A DNA stretch of 64,000 nt, taken from NCBI GenBank assembly GCA_034723395.1, contig JAYEOW010000024.1, positions 1 to 64,000 of the forward strand. The letters run 5' to 3'. Position 1 is the first letter of the stretch, and each line of letters starts with the position of its first letter. The translations under genes were made by a program, and so were the position numbers. The notes below the pieces were generated by a model. The model had not been told where the DNA came from. It ran no database searches and saw only the letters and a program-made list of their open reading frames with translations. The DNA comes from Candidatus Margulisiibacteriota bacterium (GTDB lineage Bacteria > Margulisbacteria > WOR-1 > O2-12-FULL-45-9). This document shows positions 19,252-29,191 of this stretch, in pieces.

Positions 19252-20475
19252 ATGAAAGCCGATCGAATAGTACAGGGTAAACAACAACTTCAACGATACA
19301 GAAGAAGGAAGTCTACCGGCCCAAAAATTGCCTTCTTCACCGGCGGGACTGGAAGTCGCTTCCTCGCCCAACGAATGCTCACTTATACCCATAACGCCTC
19401 TTACATAATAAATACATCAGACAGCGGCGGAAGTACGCGGCAGCTAAGACTACTTTTTAATATGCCGGCGATTGGTGACTTTCGTAGTAGGCTGATCGAT
19501 CTAGCAAGTGTGAAGACTAAAGGTTACAAGCAAACATCAGAATTACTTAAACGAAGGCTCAAAAAAGACACCTCTCCAGGTGAATTAGAAAAAGAGCTGC
19601 ATGATATTATTATCGGTTCCGATCCAATGGTAAAAGCAATTAAAGAAGTAAATCCAAATTTCTCAAAAATGCTAACCCATAACCTCCTTGAATTCCAAAA
19701 GTATAGACTTATTTATGAACGACAAACCGGCAGATCCTTTGATTTAGCAGGAGCTAGTATCGGAAACTTATTTCTCACTGGTGCATACCTCTATTATGGT
19801 AAAGATCTTGAACTTCCGATCTATTTATATAAACATTTGGCTGGAGTAAAAGGTGATGTTGTTCCGGCAACGCTAGAAACGGTAAATCTAGCTGCAGAAA
19901 TGGCAGATCAAAGTACGATTGTTGGCCAGCATTTAATTACCCATGCTGATAATGGCCCGGTTGATAATATATGGTACGTTGATCGAGAGGCTACGGATGC
20001 TAGAAGGGTTTATCCAGCTGCTAATCCAAGGGCATTGGATGCTATTCGCGAAGCCAAGTTGCTTGTGTTCTCGATGGGGAGCTTCTATACCAGCATCCTC
20101 TCAACCCTCCAACTTAGGGGGATTGCTGAGGCGATTAGAAAAAATCCAGCGCCAAAAGTATTTGTTGCAAATTCTAGAGAGGATGAAGAGACGGTTGGAA
20201 TGACTGTAGGAAGTATGGCTCATGAAATTGTAAAGGTTTTACGGGAAAATGACTCCATTTCGGGCGTAAATAGCCAATACCTGACCCATGTTGTAGCTAA
20301 TCGATTTAGTGGACAAGCGGTTCTTTTTAAAGGGCAATATAGGTATTTCCCTCCAGACCTGGTCAGCTTACCAAAAGGAATAATGTCCGACCAAGTGAGC
20401 CTTCTTGAAAAAGCTGGATCAAGTTATTATGATCCATATCGAGTATCCGCCCTACTTTTTTCTTTTATAGACTAA
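19252..20475 (+). CDS. CofD/YvcK (UPF0052) family protein, resembling the GAK-system CofD-related subfamily
   Basis: FTGGTG, YTHN..DSGGST..MPAIGDFRSRL, ASIGNLFLTGAY, MGSFYTSI. Confidence 0.8.
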   Translation: MKADRIVQGKQQLQRYRRRKSTGPKIAFFTGGTGSRFLAQRMLTYTHNASYIINTSDSGGSTRQLRLLFNMPAIGDFRSRLIDLASVKTKGYKQTSELLKRRLKKDTSPGELEKELHDIIIGSDPMVKAIKEVNPNFSKMLTHNLLEFQKYRLIYERQTGRSFDLAGASIGNLFLTGAYLYYGKDLELPIYLYKHLAGVKGDVVPATLETVNLAAEMADQSTIVGQHLITHADNGPVDNIWYVDREATDARRVYPAANPRALDAIREAKLLVFSMGSFYTSILSTLQLRGIAEAIRKNPAPKVFVANSREDEETVGMTVGSMAHEIVKVLRENDSISGVNSQYLTHVVANRFSGQAVLFKGQYRYFPPDLVSLPKGIMSDQVSLLEKAGSSYYDPYRVSALLFSFID

Positions 20476-20486
20476 TCAAAATAAGG

Positions 20487-20514
20487 TGAAATTTATTATA
20501 GATCGATCCGATAA
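20487..20514 (+). promoter_or_regulatory. sigma28-like promoter motif
   Basis: TGAAA-N15-TCCGATAA upstream of pgm. Confidence 0.5.
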
Positions 20515-20560
20515 ATAATTGATAGAGTTTCTGTTACATTATTTTATGGAGGAAAAGAAA

Positions 20561-22186
20561 ATGGCATTAGCACCGATTGTCCCGGGAAGAGTCGCTCCAC
20601 GCCACATGTTAGTAAACATCCAAAAACTGATTTGTTCTTACTATGAGTTAAGAACACAAAAACCAGTTAAATTTGGTACTTCAGGTCATAGAGGTTCCTC
20701 CCTAAATGGATCATTTAATGAAGCGCATATTTTGGCCATAACTCAGGCAATCATAGAATACAGAGCAAAAGAAGGAATTACGGGACCGGTCTTTATGGGA
20801 TTTGATACCCACGCCCTTTCAACGCCGGCCTTTATGACCGCGCTTGAAGTTTTAGCCGCGAATGAGATTGAAGCTGTTATCCACAAAAATGATGAATACT
20901 CACCTACTCCAGTTATATCACGCATGATTGTTAACCATAATAGAGGAAAAAAAACCGGATTCGCAGACGGAATTATAATTACTCCTTCACATAACGGACC
21001 TGCTGATGGCGGATTTAAATATAATCCTCCCCATGGCGGACCGGCCGATACAGAGGCCACGGGCTGGATCCAAAACAGGGCAAATGAACTTCTCTCACAA
21101 AAAAATAACGGTGTAAAACAGAGCAATTACCCAAGAGCAAATAGGGCAGGTACAACGCATAGAGAAGATTTTATTACCTCTTTTGCCAGAGAGCTTGCAT
21201 CGGTGATTGATATGGAAGCGATCCGGGAAGCAGGGATCGAGATCGGAGCAGACCCGATGGGCGGAGCAGGAGTCCATTTCTGGGCGCCAATCGCGGAAAT
21301 GTACGGGATTAATCTTGAAGTTGTGAATCCGCAAGTCGAAGCAGACTTCAGGTTTATGACCGTTGATGGAGATAAGACAATTCGGATGGACTGCTCTTCC
21401 CCATACGCTATGGCGGGCTTAGTTGAGCTAAAAGACAGATTTGACATTGCTTTTGGAAACGATACTGATTTTGATCGCCACGGCATTGTAACTAAAGACG
21501 GGTTAATGAATCCTAACCATTATTTATCAGTTGCAATCTGGTATCTAATTCAAAACCGGCCAAAATGGGGACAAGGGCTTAAAATTGGAAAGACCTTAGT
21601 TAGCAGCACCATGATCGATAAGGTTGTTAAAGGCTTGGGACGAGAATTATACGAAGTTCCGGTCGGATTTAAGTGGTTCGTTGATGGATTGGCAAAAGGG
21701 ACATTAGCCTTTGGCGGAGAAGAGAGTGCCGGCGCCTCCCTCCTCCAAATGGATGGTAAGGTTTGGACCACCGATAAAGATGGTTTCTCGCTTGCCCTTT
21801 TAGCTGCCGAAATTATGGCCAAGACCGGAAAGTCTCCTTCAGAGATATATAATAATGTACTAGTTCCTCAGTACGGAGAGCCGTATTACAAGAGGAACGA
21901 TGGGCCGATTACCGATAAACAAAAGGCAATCCTCGCAGCAATAACTCCTGGATCGATAACCGCTACTACGGTTGCTGGAATTAGAATTGCCAACGTTATT
22001 ACCCACGCTTCTGGAAATAATGCCCCGATGGGCGGAGTGAAAGTTAGCCTGGAAGATGGTTCGTGGTTTGCTATCAGGCCATCCGGAACTGAACCTAAGA
22101 TGAAGCTTTATGTTGAGAGTTTCGGCGGAGAAGCGCTCTGGCACCAGATCGTTGCCGAAGCAAATCCATTAATCTTTGGTGCATAA
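20561..22186 (+). CDS. pgm: phosphoglucomutase (alpha-D-glucose phosphate-specific type)
   Basis: FGTSGHRGSS, ITPSHN, DTDFDRHG, GGEESAG, RPSGTEP; ATG 20561 follows GGAGG. Confidence 0.93.
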   Translation: MALAPIVPGRVAPRHMLVNIQKLICSYYELRTQKPVKFGTSGHRGSSLNGSFNEAHILAITQAIIEYRAKEGITGPVFMGFDTHALSTPAFMTALEVLAANEIEAVIHKNDEYSPTPVISRMIVNHNRGKKTGFADGIIITPSHNGPADGGFKYNPPHGGPADTEATGWIQNRANELLSQKNNGVKQSNYPRANRAGTTHREDFITSFARELASVIDMEAIREAGIEIGADPMGGAGVHFWAPIAEMYGINLEVVNPQVEADFRFMTVDGDKTIRMDCSSPYAMAGLVELKDRFDIAFGNDTDFDRHGIVTKDGLMNPNHYLSVAIWYLIQNRPKWGQGLKIGKTLVSSTMIDKVVKGLGRELYEVPVGFKWFVDGLAKGTLAFGGEESAGASLLQMDGKVWTTDKDGFSLALLAAEIMAKTGKSPSEIYNNVLVPQYGEPYYKRNDGPITDKQKAILAAITPGSITATTVAGIRIANVITHASGNNAPMGGVKVSLEDGSWFAIRPSGTEPKMKLYVESFGGEALWHQIVAEANPLIFGA

Positions 22187-22243
22187 TATAATTTTACAAA
22201 AACCTCCTGATACTATAAAATGTTTTCAGGAGGGTTTTTTTCT

Positions 22244-23806
22244 ATGTTATTTACGAACTCTTTATATTATAAAAAGTTGAAGGAGCTTGCCGGCTCCTCC
22301 AAGCCAGACCGGCCTAAAGGCTTTGATGAAGCTTTCACCGTAAAAACCGAACATGCTTACTTTGACTTTTCCCGCCAGCTTGTCACCTCGGATGTCATGC
22401 AATCGCTCTTTGAACTAGCCAAAGAAAGAAATTTAAAAGATAAGATTGAAGCCATGTTTAAGGGTGATAAAATCAACAAAACTGAAAACCGATCGGTTCT
22501 TCATGTTGCCCTGCGTAGTGGAGAAAATCCTGAGGTAGAGGCAGTCCTGGCCAAGATCAAATCCTTTTCCGAAGAAGTTCTATCTGGAAAGAGAACTGGC
22601 GCAACTGGCAAAAAGCTTAAAAATATTGTATCCATTGGCATTGGTGGATCCTATCTTGGACCCGAATACTTCGCGGTTGCCCTTCGGCCATACGCTCAAA
22701 AGGATATGAATCTTATCTTTGTAGCAAACGTTGACGGGACCGATTTTGCCGAAAAAACTGCCGGGTTAGATCCCGCAGAGACACTTATTATTATTGTTTC
22801 GAAAACCTTTACTACTGCAGAAACGATGTTAAATGCAGATACCGCAAAAAAATGGATTCTGGACGGATTAGAAAATCACCCCGAGGCCATAAAAAAACAT
22901 TTTGCCGCGGTTTCAACTGCCAAGGATAAAGTCAAAGCTTTTGGAATTGATGCAGAAAACATGTTCGGATTCTGGGATTGGGTCGGCGGACGTTTTAGCG
23001 CAACTTCAGCAGTTGGAGCGGTCCCGCTATCGCTTTATCTCGGATTTGATAATTTTAAAAAGATACTCGATGGCGCCAAGTGGATGGATGAGCACTTTAG
23101 AAATGTCCCTTTTGAACAAAATATACCGGTCATTTCGGCCTTAATAGATATCTGGAATATTAATTTCCTGGGATTAAAGACTCGCGCGCTGCTCCCCTAT
23201 TCCCAAGGATTGGCAAAACTTCCCGCCCATACCCAACAGGTAGAGATGGAGAGCAATGGAAAACGGGTAGATCTGGAAGGAAATCCAATTGATTTTGATA
23301 CGGGAGAGGTTGTTTTTGGAGAGCCGGGAACAAACGGACAACACTCTTTTTATCAATTGCTTCACCAGGGCGCCCAGATCATCCCCTCTGATTTCGTCGG
23401 CTTTATTAAACCTCAGTATCAACTAGGTAAATCAACTGATAAAACAGTTACTCATCATCAGGAACTTATGACCAATTTTTTGGCACAACCTGACGCTTTA
23501 GCTTTCGGCAAAAAAGATTCCAACCCGGCAAAGGACTTCCCCGGCAACCGGCCTTCGAGTTCCATGCTATTAGAGGAGCTTAATCCGTTTACTGCTGGTC
23601 TCCTCCTTGCCTGGACCGAACATCGAGCCGCGACCAAAGGATTTATTTGGGGGATCAACAGTTTTGATCAGGAGGGGGTTCAGTTAGGTAAAGTTTTAGG
23701 TAAAGATCATCGAAGGAGAATGTTAGAGTTTAATTCATCTGGAAAAGTTGATGTTAAAGGATTAAGCCCATCGACCGCAGCCATGCTTAAGAGGATATTA
23801 GCTTAA
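22244..23806 (+). CDS. pgi: glucose-6-phosphate isomerase
   Basis: GIGGSYLGP, VSKTFTTAET, FWDWVGGRFS, GTNGQHSFYQL, NSFDQ.GV.LGK; ATG 22244 follows GGAGG. Confidence 0.96.
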   Translation: MLFTNSLYYKKLKELAGSSKPDRPKGFDEAFTVKTEHAYFDFSRQLVTSDVMQSLFELAKERNLKDKIEAMFKGDKINKTENRSVLHVALRSGENPEVEAVLAKIKSFSEEVLSGKRTGATGKKLKNIVSIGIGGSYLGPEYFAVALRPYAQKDMNLIFVANVDGTDFAEKTAGLDPAETLIIIVSKTFTTAETMLNADTAKKWILDGLENHPEAIKKHFAAVSTAKDKVKAFGIDAENMFGFWDWVGGRFSATSAVGAVPLSLYLGFDNFKKILDGAKWMDEHFRNVPFEQNIPVISALIDIWNINFLGLKTRALLPYSQGLAKLPAHTQQVEMESNGKRVDLEGNPIDFDTGEVVFGEPGTNGQHSFYQLLHQGAQIIPSDFVGFIKPQYQLGKSTDKTVTHHQELMTNFLAQPDALAFGKKDSNPAKDFPGNRPSSSMLLEELNPFTAGLLLAWTEHRAATKGFIWGINSFDQEGVQLGKVLGKDHRRRMLEFNSSGKVDVKGLSPSTAAMLKRILA

Positions 23807-23876
23807 TAAACTCGGCCTCCCCCTACGCTCTCCAAGCTCCGGGGGACATGTCGGAGATTATCTTCAGGTTTCCCAA
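23787..23876 (-). pseudogene. short orphan ligA 3'-end remnant interrupted by a palindromic repeat
   Basis: Reads LGNLKIIS-[33 bp palindrome with TAG]-EAEFIKLISS*, compared with LigA end [15 protein letters not shown]. Confidence 0.65.
23818..23846. repeat. palindromic repeat
   Basis: TCCCCCTACGCTCTCCAAGCTCCGGGGGA, imperfect hairpin. Confidence 0.6.
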
Positions 23877-23905
23877 ACATGCAGGAATACGCTATAATAA
23901 GATTT

Positions 23906-24247
23906 ATGAAAATTGTTAGCAATCCGATAACACTACAAGAGATCAAGCAAATGGCCAAAAGTAAATTTGGCAACTTCGTTAAAGCAGTGGTAGACATCGA
24001 GCGTTCCTTAATTGTACTCGACGCTGAGCTGCATGCCGATGAGGAAGCTCTATTAATTGAAAACGGATCAAAATCTCATGATTTATGGGGTATAAACCTG
24101 TATCCCGATCTCCCATTTGAAGATTTCATTGAATACGATTCTATGATCAACCTTAAGCCTTCAGAGAACAATCGAAGTCGCGGGGTTGAAAGCCCTGAAA
24201 TAAGGGAAAAAATAACCCAGATCGTAAGGAAGTTCATCAAACTATGA
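23906..24247 (+). CDS. DUF5674-like protein
   Basis: FVKAVVDIE..DAELHADEEALL.ENGS...LWGINLYP..IEYDSMINLKPS.NNRSRGVE; TATAAT just before ATG suggests a leaderless mRNA. Confidence 0.8.
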   Translation: MKIVSNPITLQEIKQMAKSKFGNFVKAVVDIERSLIVLDAELHADEEALLIENGSKSHDLWGINLYPDLPFEDFIEYDSMINLKPSENNRSRGVESPEIREKITQIVRKFIKL

Positions 24248-24570
24248 CTCCGCAACATCAAGAACTGGCCTCTGGAAAATGGAAATCTTTGAGCTTTGTC
24301 GAGCAAATGGCAAATATCGGAAGCGAGGTAGAAAGGGCTATAAGCTGGCGGAATAAGGCCAATCAAGAATATAGCCGCTTGGCTTTTGAACGATCTCTTG
24401 AGCTTTTGGATTTATCACTTTCCGCCGGACTATCCTTTCCACGATTAAAAGAACTAACTCGCCTCAGAGAAATGCTTGCTGATTATTTTGTTTTCGGGAA
24501 TAGTTTTAATTCGACGGACTCCCAGTGGCAGAAATATTTCTTAGCCTTTAACTTTGCGGCCAGAGCCTAA
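24244..24570 (+). CDS. conserved helical hypothetical protein coupled to the DUF5674 gene
   Basis: ATGA overlap; [25 protein letters not shown]. Confidence 0.75.
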   Translation: MTPQHQELASGKWKSLSFVEQMANIGSEVERAISWRNKANQEYSRLAFERSLELLDLSLSAGLSFPRLKELTRLREMLADYFVFGNSFNSTDSQWQKYFLAFNFAARA

Positions 24571-24682
24571 TAAATTCGGCTTCGGAGATAATCTTGAGGC
24601 CGAGTTTTTTTGCCTTCTCAGCCTTCGATCCAGGATCATGCCCTACCACCACATAGTCGGTCTGCTTAGAAACTGACGAAGA
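24548..24682 (-). pseudogene. orphan ligA 3'-end (BRCT C-terminus) copy
   Basis: Open frame [44 protein letters not shown]; 32 of 37 aa identical to the LigA C-terminus. Confidence 0.9.
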
Positions 24683-24703
24683 TTGAAAGATGAATTCCCA
24701 GGG

Positions 24704-24778
24704 GGAACCACCCCTTCTGTCCCTCGACCCCTCGACAAGCTCGGGGCTCGGGACATCTTCCCCTTATAAGGGGGAAGA
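24704..24778. repeat. composite nested palindromic repeat
   Basis: TGTCCCTCGAC-[CCCTCGACAAGCTCGGGG]-CTCGGGACA then TCTTCCCCTTATAAGGGGGAAGA. Confidence 0.85.
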
Positions 24779-25010
24779 ACACGAATGCGCTGATATCTCT
24801 TTCTTGATTTGTTTAACAACAAGATCAATGTCTGAAAAGATCTCATCATTTGTACATCTGAAAACCCGAATTCCAATACTTTCGAATATCCTTTGGCGCT
24901 CCTGATCATAGATCTTTTGGTCTTCATCAAGATGATATCCACCATCAACTTCAATTGCCAATTTTAATTCGGGCGAGTAAAAATCAATCACAAAACCGCC
25001 AATACTGTTG
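24764..25010 (-). pseudogene. DUF559 / Vsr-like endonuclease, N-terminally truncated
   Basis: SIGGFVIDFYSPELKLAIEVDGGYH..YDQERQRIFESIGIRVFRCTNDEI; the usual N-terminal part is absent. Confidence 0.75.
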
Positions 25011-25033
25011 TCATGTCTTAATATAAATAATAG

Positions 25034-25160
25034 TCTCCCCCTTTATAAGGGGGAGATAAAGAGGGGGTCGTTATACTCAAAACCTTCCTTTCCTTTATAA
25101 GGGGGAGATTTAGAGGGGGTTGTTGGAACCACCCTCCCCTCACGATATCAGAGGGGGTCG

Positions 25161-25162
<2 letters not shown>
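25034..25162. repeat. tandem palindromic repeats
   Basis: Two copies of CCTTTATAAGGGGGAGA(TAA/TTT)AGAGGGGGT(C/T)GTT plus a third degenerate copy ending AGAGGGGGTCGTT. Confidence 0.85.
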
Positions 25163-27128
<1,966 letters not shown>

Positions 27129-27134
27129 TCACCC

Positions 27135-27181
27135 ACCGTCGCTCATCGCGACGGTCCCCCCTCTCCACAAAGTGGAGAGGG
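27135..27181. repeat. double-hairpin palindromic repeat overlapping the truB 3' end
   Basis: ACCGTCGC-TCATC-GCGACGGT and CCCTCTCCAC-AAA-GTGGAGAGGG; encodes PSPLCGEGGPSR*. Confidence 0.8.
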
Positions 27182-27889
27182 CAGAATTGTACTGGTCGGG
27201 ATAAGAACACTCTCCAGCCGCCCTACTTTTGCAAGGGTGATGATTGTGTCCATGTTTACCGCCTGGGTAATATGGAACGGCCGGGCATAGGTTCGCATTA
27301 GTTTCGAAAGGTGCGCGCCGCAACCTAGATCATCACCTATATCAGAAGCCAGCTGGCGAATGTAGGTTCCCTTCGTACACATAACCTCAATCGTCACCTT
27401 AGGATGTTCCCCTGCCTCGAAGTTGATCAGCTTAATGCTGTGGACCGTTACCTTCCTCGGCTCCCGCTTAACTTCGATCCCCTCCCTAGCTAGTTTATAA
27501 AGCCGTTTCCCTTTAACCTTAACCGCCGAATACATCGGCGGCGTCTGTAGTATTTCACCCTTATATTTTTTTATTATTTCTTCGATTTCTTTGATTGAAG
27601 ATTTATTTGTAATTTGACATTTGTCATTTGAAATTATTTGTCCGTCACTATCCAAAGTATCAGTCCTAATCCCCAAGGTCATTTCGGCAAGATACCCCTT
27701 ATCTCCGCTCATAAAATGCTGAATTGACTTAGTCGCTTTTCCAATGAAGATAGGAAGAACACCGGTCGCGTTTGGATCAAGCGTGCCCGAATGGCCTACC
27801 TTTTTAGTTCTAGAGAGGTTCCTGATCTTAGCGCACACGTCAAACGAGGTCCATCCCTGCGGTTTATTTACGATGATTATTCCATCCAT
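27143..27889 (-). CDS. truB: tRNA pseudouridine(55) synthase
   Basis: GHSGTLDP, PPMYSAVK.G.RLY.LAR, CTKGTYIR. Confidence 0.96.
   Translation of the reverse strand: MDGIIIVNKPQGWTSFDVCAKIRNLSRTKKVGHSGTLDPNATGVLPIFIGKATKSIQHFMSGDKGYLAEMTLGIRTDTLDSDGQIISNDKCQITNKSSIKEIEEIIKKYKGEILQTPPMYSAVKVKGKRLYKLAREGIEVKREPRKVTVHSIKLINFEAGEHPKVTIEVMCTKGTYIRQLASDIGDDLGCGAHLSKLMRTYARPFHITQAVNMDTIITLAKVGRLESVLIPTSTILPSPLCGEGGPSR
27603..27630. repeat. heptamer tandem repeat inside truB
   Basis: Minus strand CAAATGA CAAATGT CAAATTA CAAATAA, encoding SNDKCQITNK. Confidence 0.65.
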
Positions 27890-27891
27890 AT

Positions 27892-28869
27892 CTACACCAG
27901 ATATTTCATCGCTTTTAAATATTTTGTTACTTCGGCGATGACCTTTTCCTTGGCATCCTCAATATTACCAGAAATTATCGCTCCGGCGGCGCGTATATGC
28001 CCGCCGCCGCCAAATCGCTTGGCAATATCTGACACATTCACTTTTTCCTTCGACCTTAAATTTACCTTGACCTTATTATGATCTTCACGAAATTGGATCG
28101 CTACCTCTACCCCTTCGATCGATCGGATAATATCCACCAATCCGACCAGGTCCTCCCCCTTTGCTTTTATTCTATCCATCATCTCCTGGGTAACCGTTAT
28201 CCAGGCAGCTTTCCGGTCGGGTGATGTCTCTAATGTGGCCAGCGCCAACGCAAGCATGTGGATACTGGCAATGCTTTTTGTATCATAGATCTTTGTTGTT
28301 ATGTCATGTGTATCTACACCGGCTTTGATCAGATCCCCCGCCATTTCAAAGGTTGCGGCGGAAGTATTTTCATAGCGGTAATTCCCGGTATCAGTGATCA
28401 GGGCCGCGTAAAGGTTCTCGGCCATCTCTTCAGTGATTTCAACCTCTAAATATTTTGCCAGCCTGTATACCAGTTCTGCGGCAGAGGAACATTTCTCCAC
28501 AAAATTCATATCGCCGTAGTTTGTATTGTCTGGATGATGGTCGATATTTATAACCTTATTGGCAATCTCCCTGATATCAACGTCATCCCCCAAACGGTTT
28601 TTGCTGGATGAATCTACCGCTACCAAAAGATCATAATTAAGATCGTTCCGCAATTCGTTCTTTACTTTTTCCATCCAGGGGAGAAATCGATAGACGCGCG
28701 GGATGCCGTCTTTGGAATACATGTCGGTATTGATCCCCATGCTGGTCATGATCATCGCCATGCTGATCATCGATCCGATCGAATCTCCGTCCGGATCGAC
28801 ATGGGAGACGACCAGCGCGGTGCGGGCTCCTTTGAGCGCTTTTTTAATGGTGGCTAGAATTTCTCTCAC
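27892..28869 (-). CDS. nrnA: DHH/DHHA1 family oligoribonuclease / PAP phosphatase
   Basis: HVDPDGDSIGS, IDHH, TDTG, GGGGH..AAG; rbfA-nrnA-truB synteny. Confidence 0.9.
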   Translation of the reverse strand: MREILATIKKALKGARTALVVSHVDPDGDSIGSMISMAMIMTSMGINTDMYSKDGIPRVYRFLPWMEKVKNELRNDLNYDLLVAVDSSSKNRLGDDVDIREIANKVINIDHHPDNTNYGDMNFVEKCSSAAELVYRLAKYLEVEITEEMAENLYAALITDTGNYRYENTSAATFEMAGDLIKAGVDTHDITTKIYDTKSIASIHMLALALATLETSPDRKAAWITVTQEMMDRIKAKGEDLVGLVDIIRSIEGVEVAIQFREDHNKVKVNLRSKEKVNVSDIAKRFGGGGHIRAAGAIISGNIEDAKEKVIAEVTKYLKAMKYLV

Positions 28870-29191
28870 GTTTTAGGATACCCAGGACCTTGTCCCCTTT
28901 TTCAAGCGAATCGTCACGGACAAACCGGATGTTGGGGACCTCCCTTAACTCAAGCACATTACCTAATTTACCGCGGATAAAACGGGTCGCGGAAATAAGC
29001 CCGGCCATGCTATCTTTTTTCTGGGATTCATCACCAAGGATACTGACAAAGATCATGGCGTTTTCGAAGTCAGGGGAAATATCGACATTAGTAATGCTGA
29101 CAAAACCGATGCGCGGGTCCGACACATCTTCGCGGATTATTTCGCTGATCTCTTTCCTGATTAATTTACTTAGACGCTCTACCCTGCTCAC
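28844..29191 (-). CDS. rbfA: ribosome-binding factor A
   Basis: SRVERL, DPRIGFVSIT.V.ISPD, PNIRF..DDSLE; probable GTG start at 29191. Confidence 0.93.
   Translation of the reverse strand: MSRVERLSKLIRKEISEIIREDVSDPRIGFVSITNVDISPDFENAMIFVSILGDESQKKDSMAGLISATRFIRGKLGNVLELREVPNIRFVRDDSLEKGDKVLGILKRERNSSHH

Noticed and set aside
20519..20620. Apparent N-terminal extension on Pgm
   Set aside because: With the ATG at 20561 the N-terminus matches the normal length for this Pgm type.
22198..22240. Inverted repeat between pgm and pgi considered as a riboswitch or mobile element
   Set aside because: Explained by a terminator-like hairpin overlapping a TTTACA-N17-TAAAAT promoter and the pgi SD; no aptamer features.
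23803..23997. 64-aa minus-strand ORF
   Set aside because: Antisense to the DUF5674 gene and out of frame with the ligA remnant.
24643..24954. 103-aa minus-strand and 71-aa plus-strand ORFs around the DUF559 remnant
   Set aside because: Alternative frames through the DUF559 remnant, palindromic repeats and ligA remnant; peptides such as RAPSLSRGR and PSTSSG are repeat translations.
23787..25160. Prophage, integron or IS as the explanation for the ligA-tail cassettes
   Set aside because: No integrase, transposase, attC-like site or identical att direct repeat is visible; the tails are diverged rather than identical.
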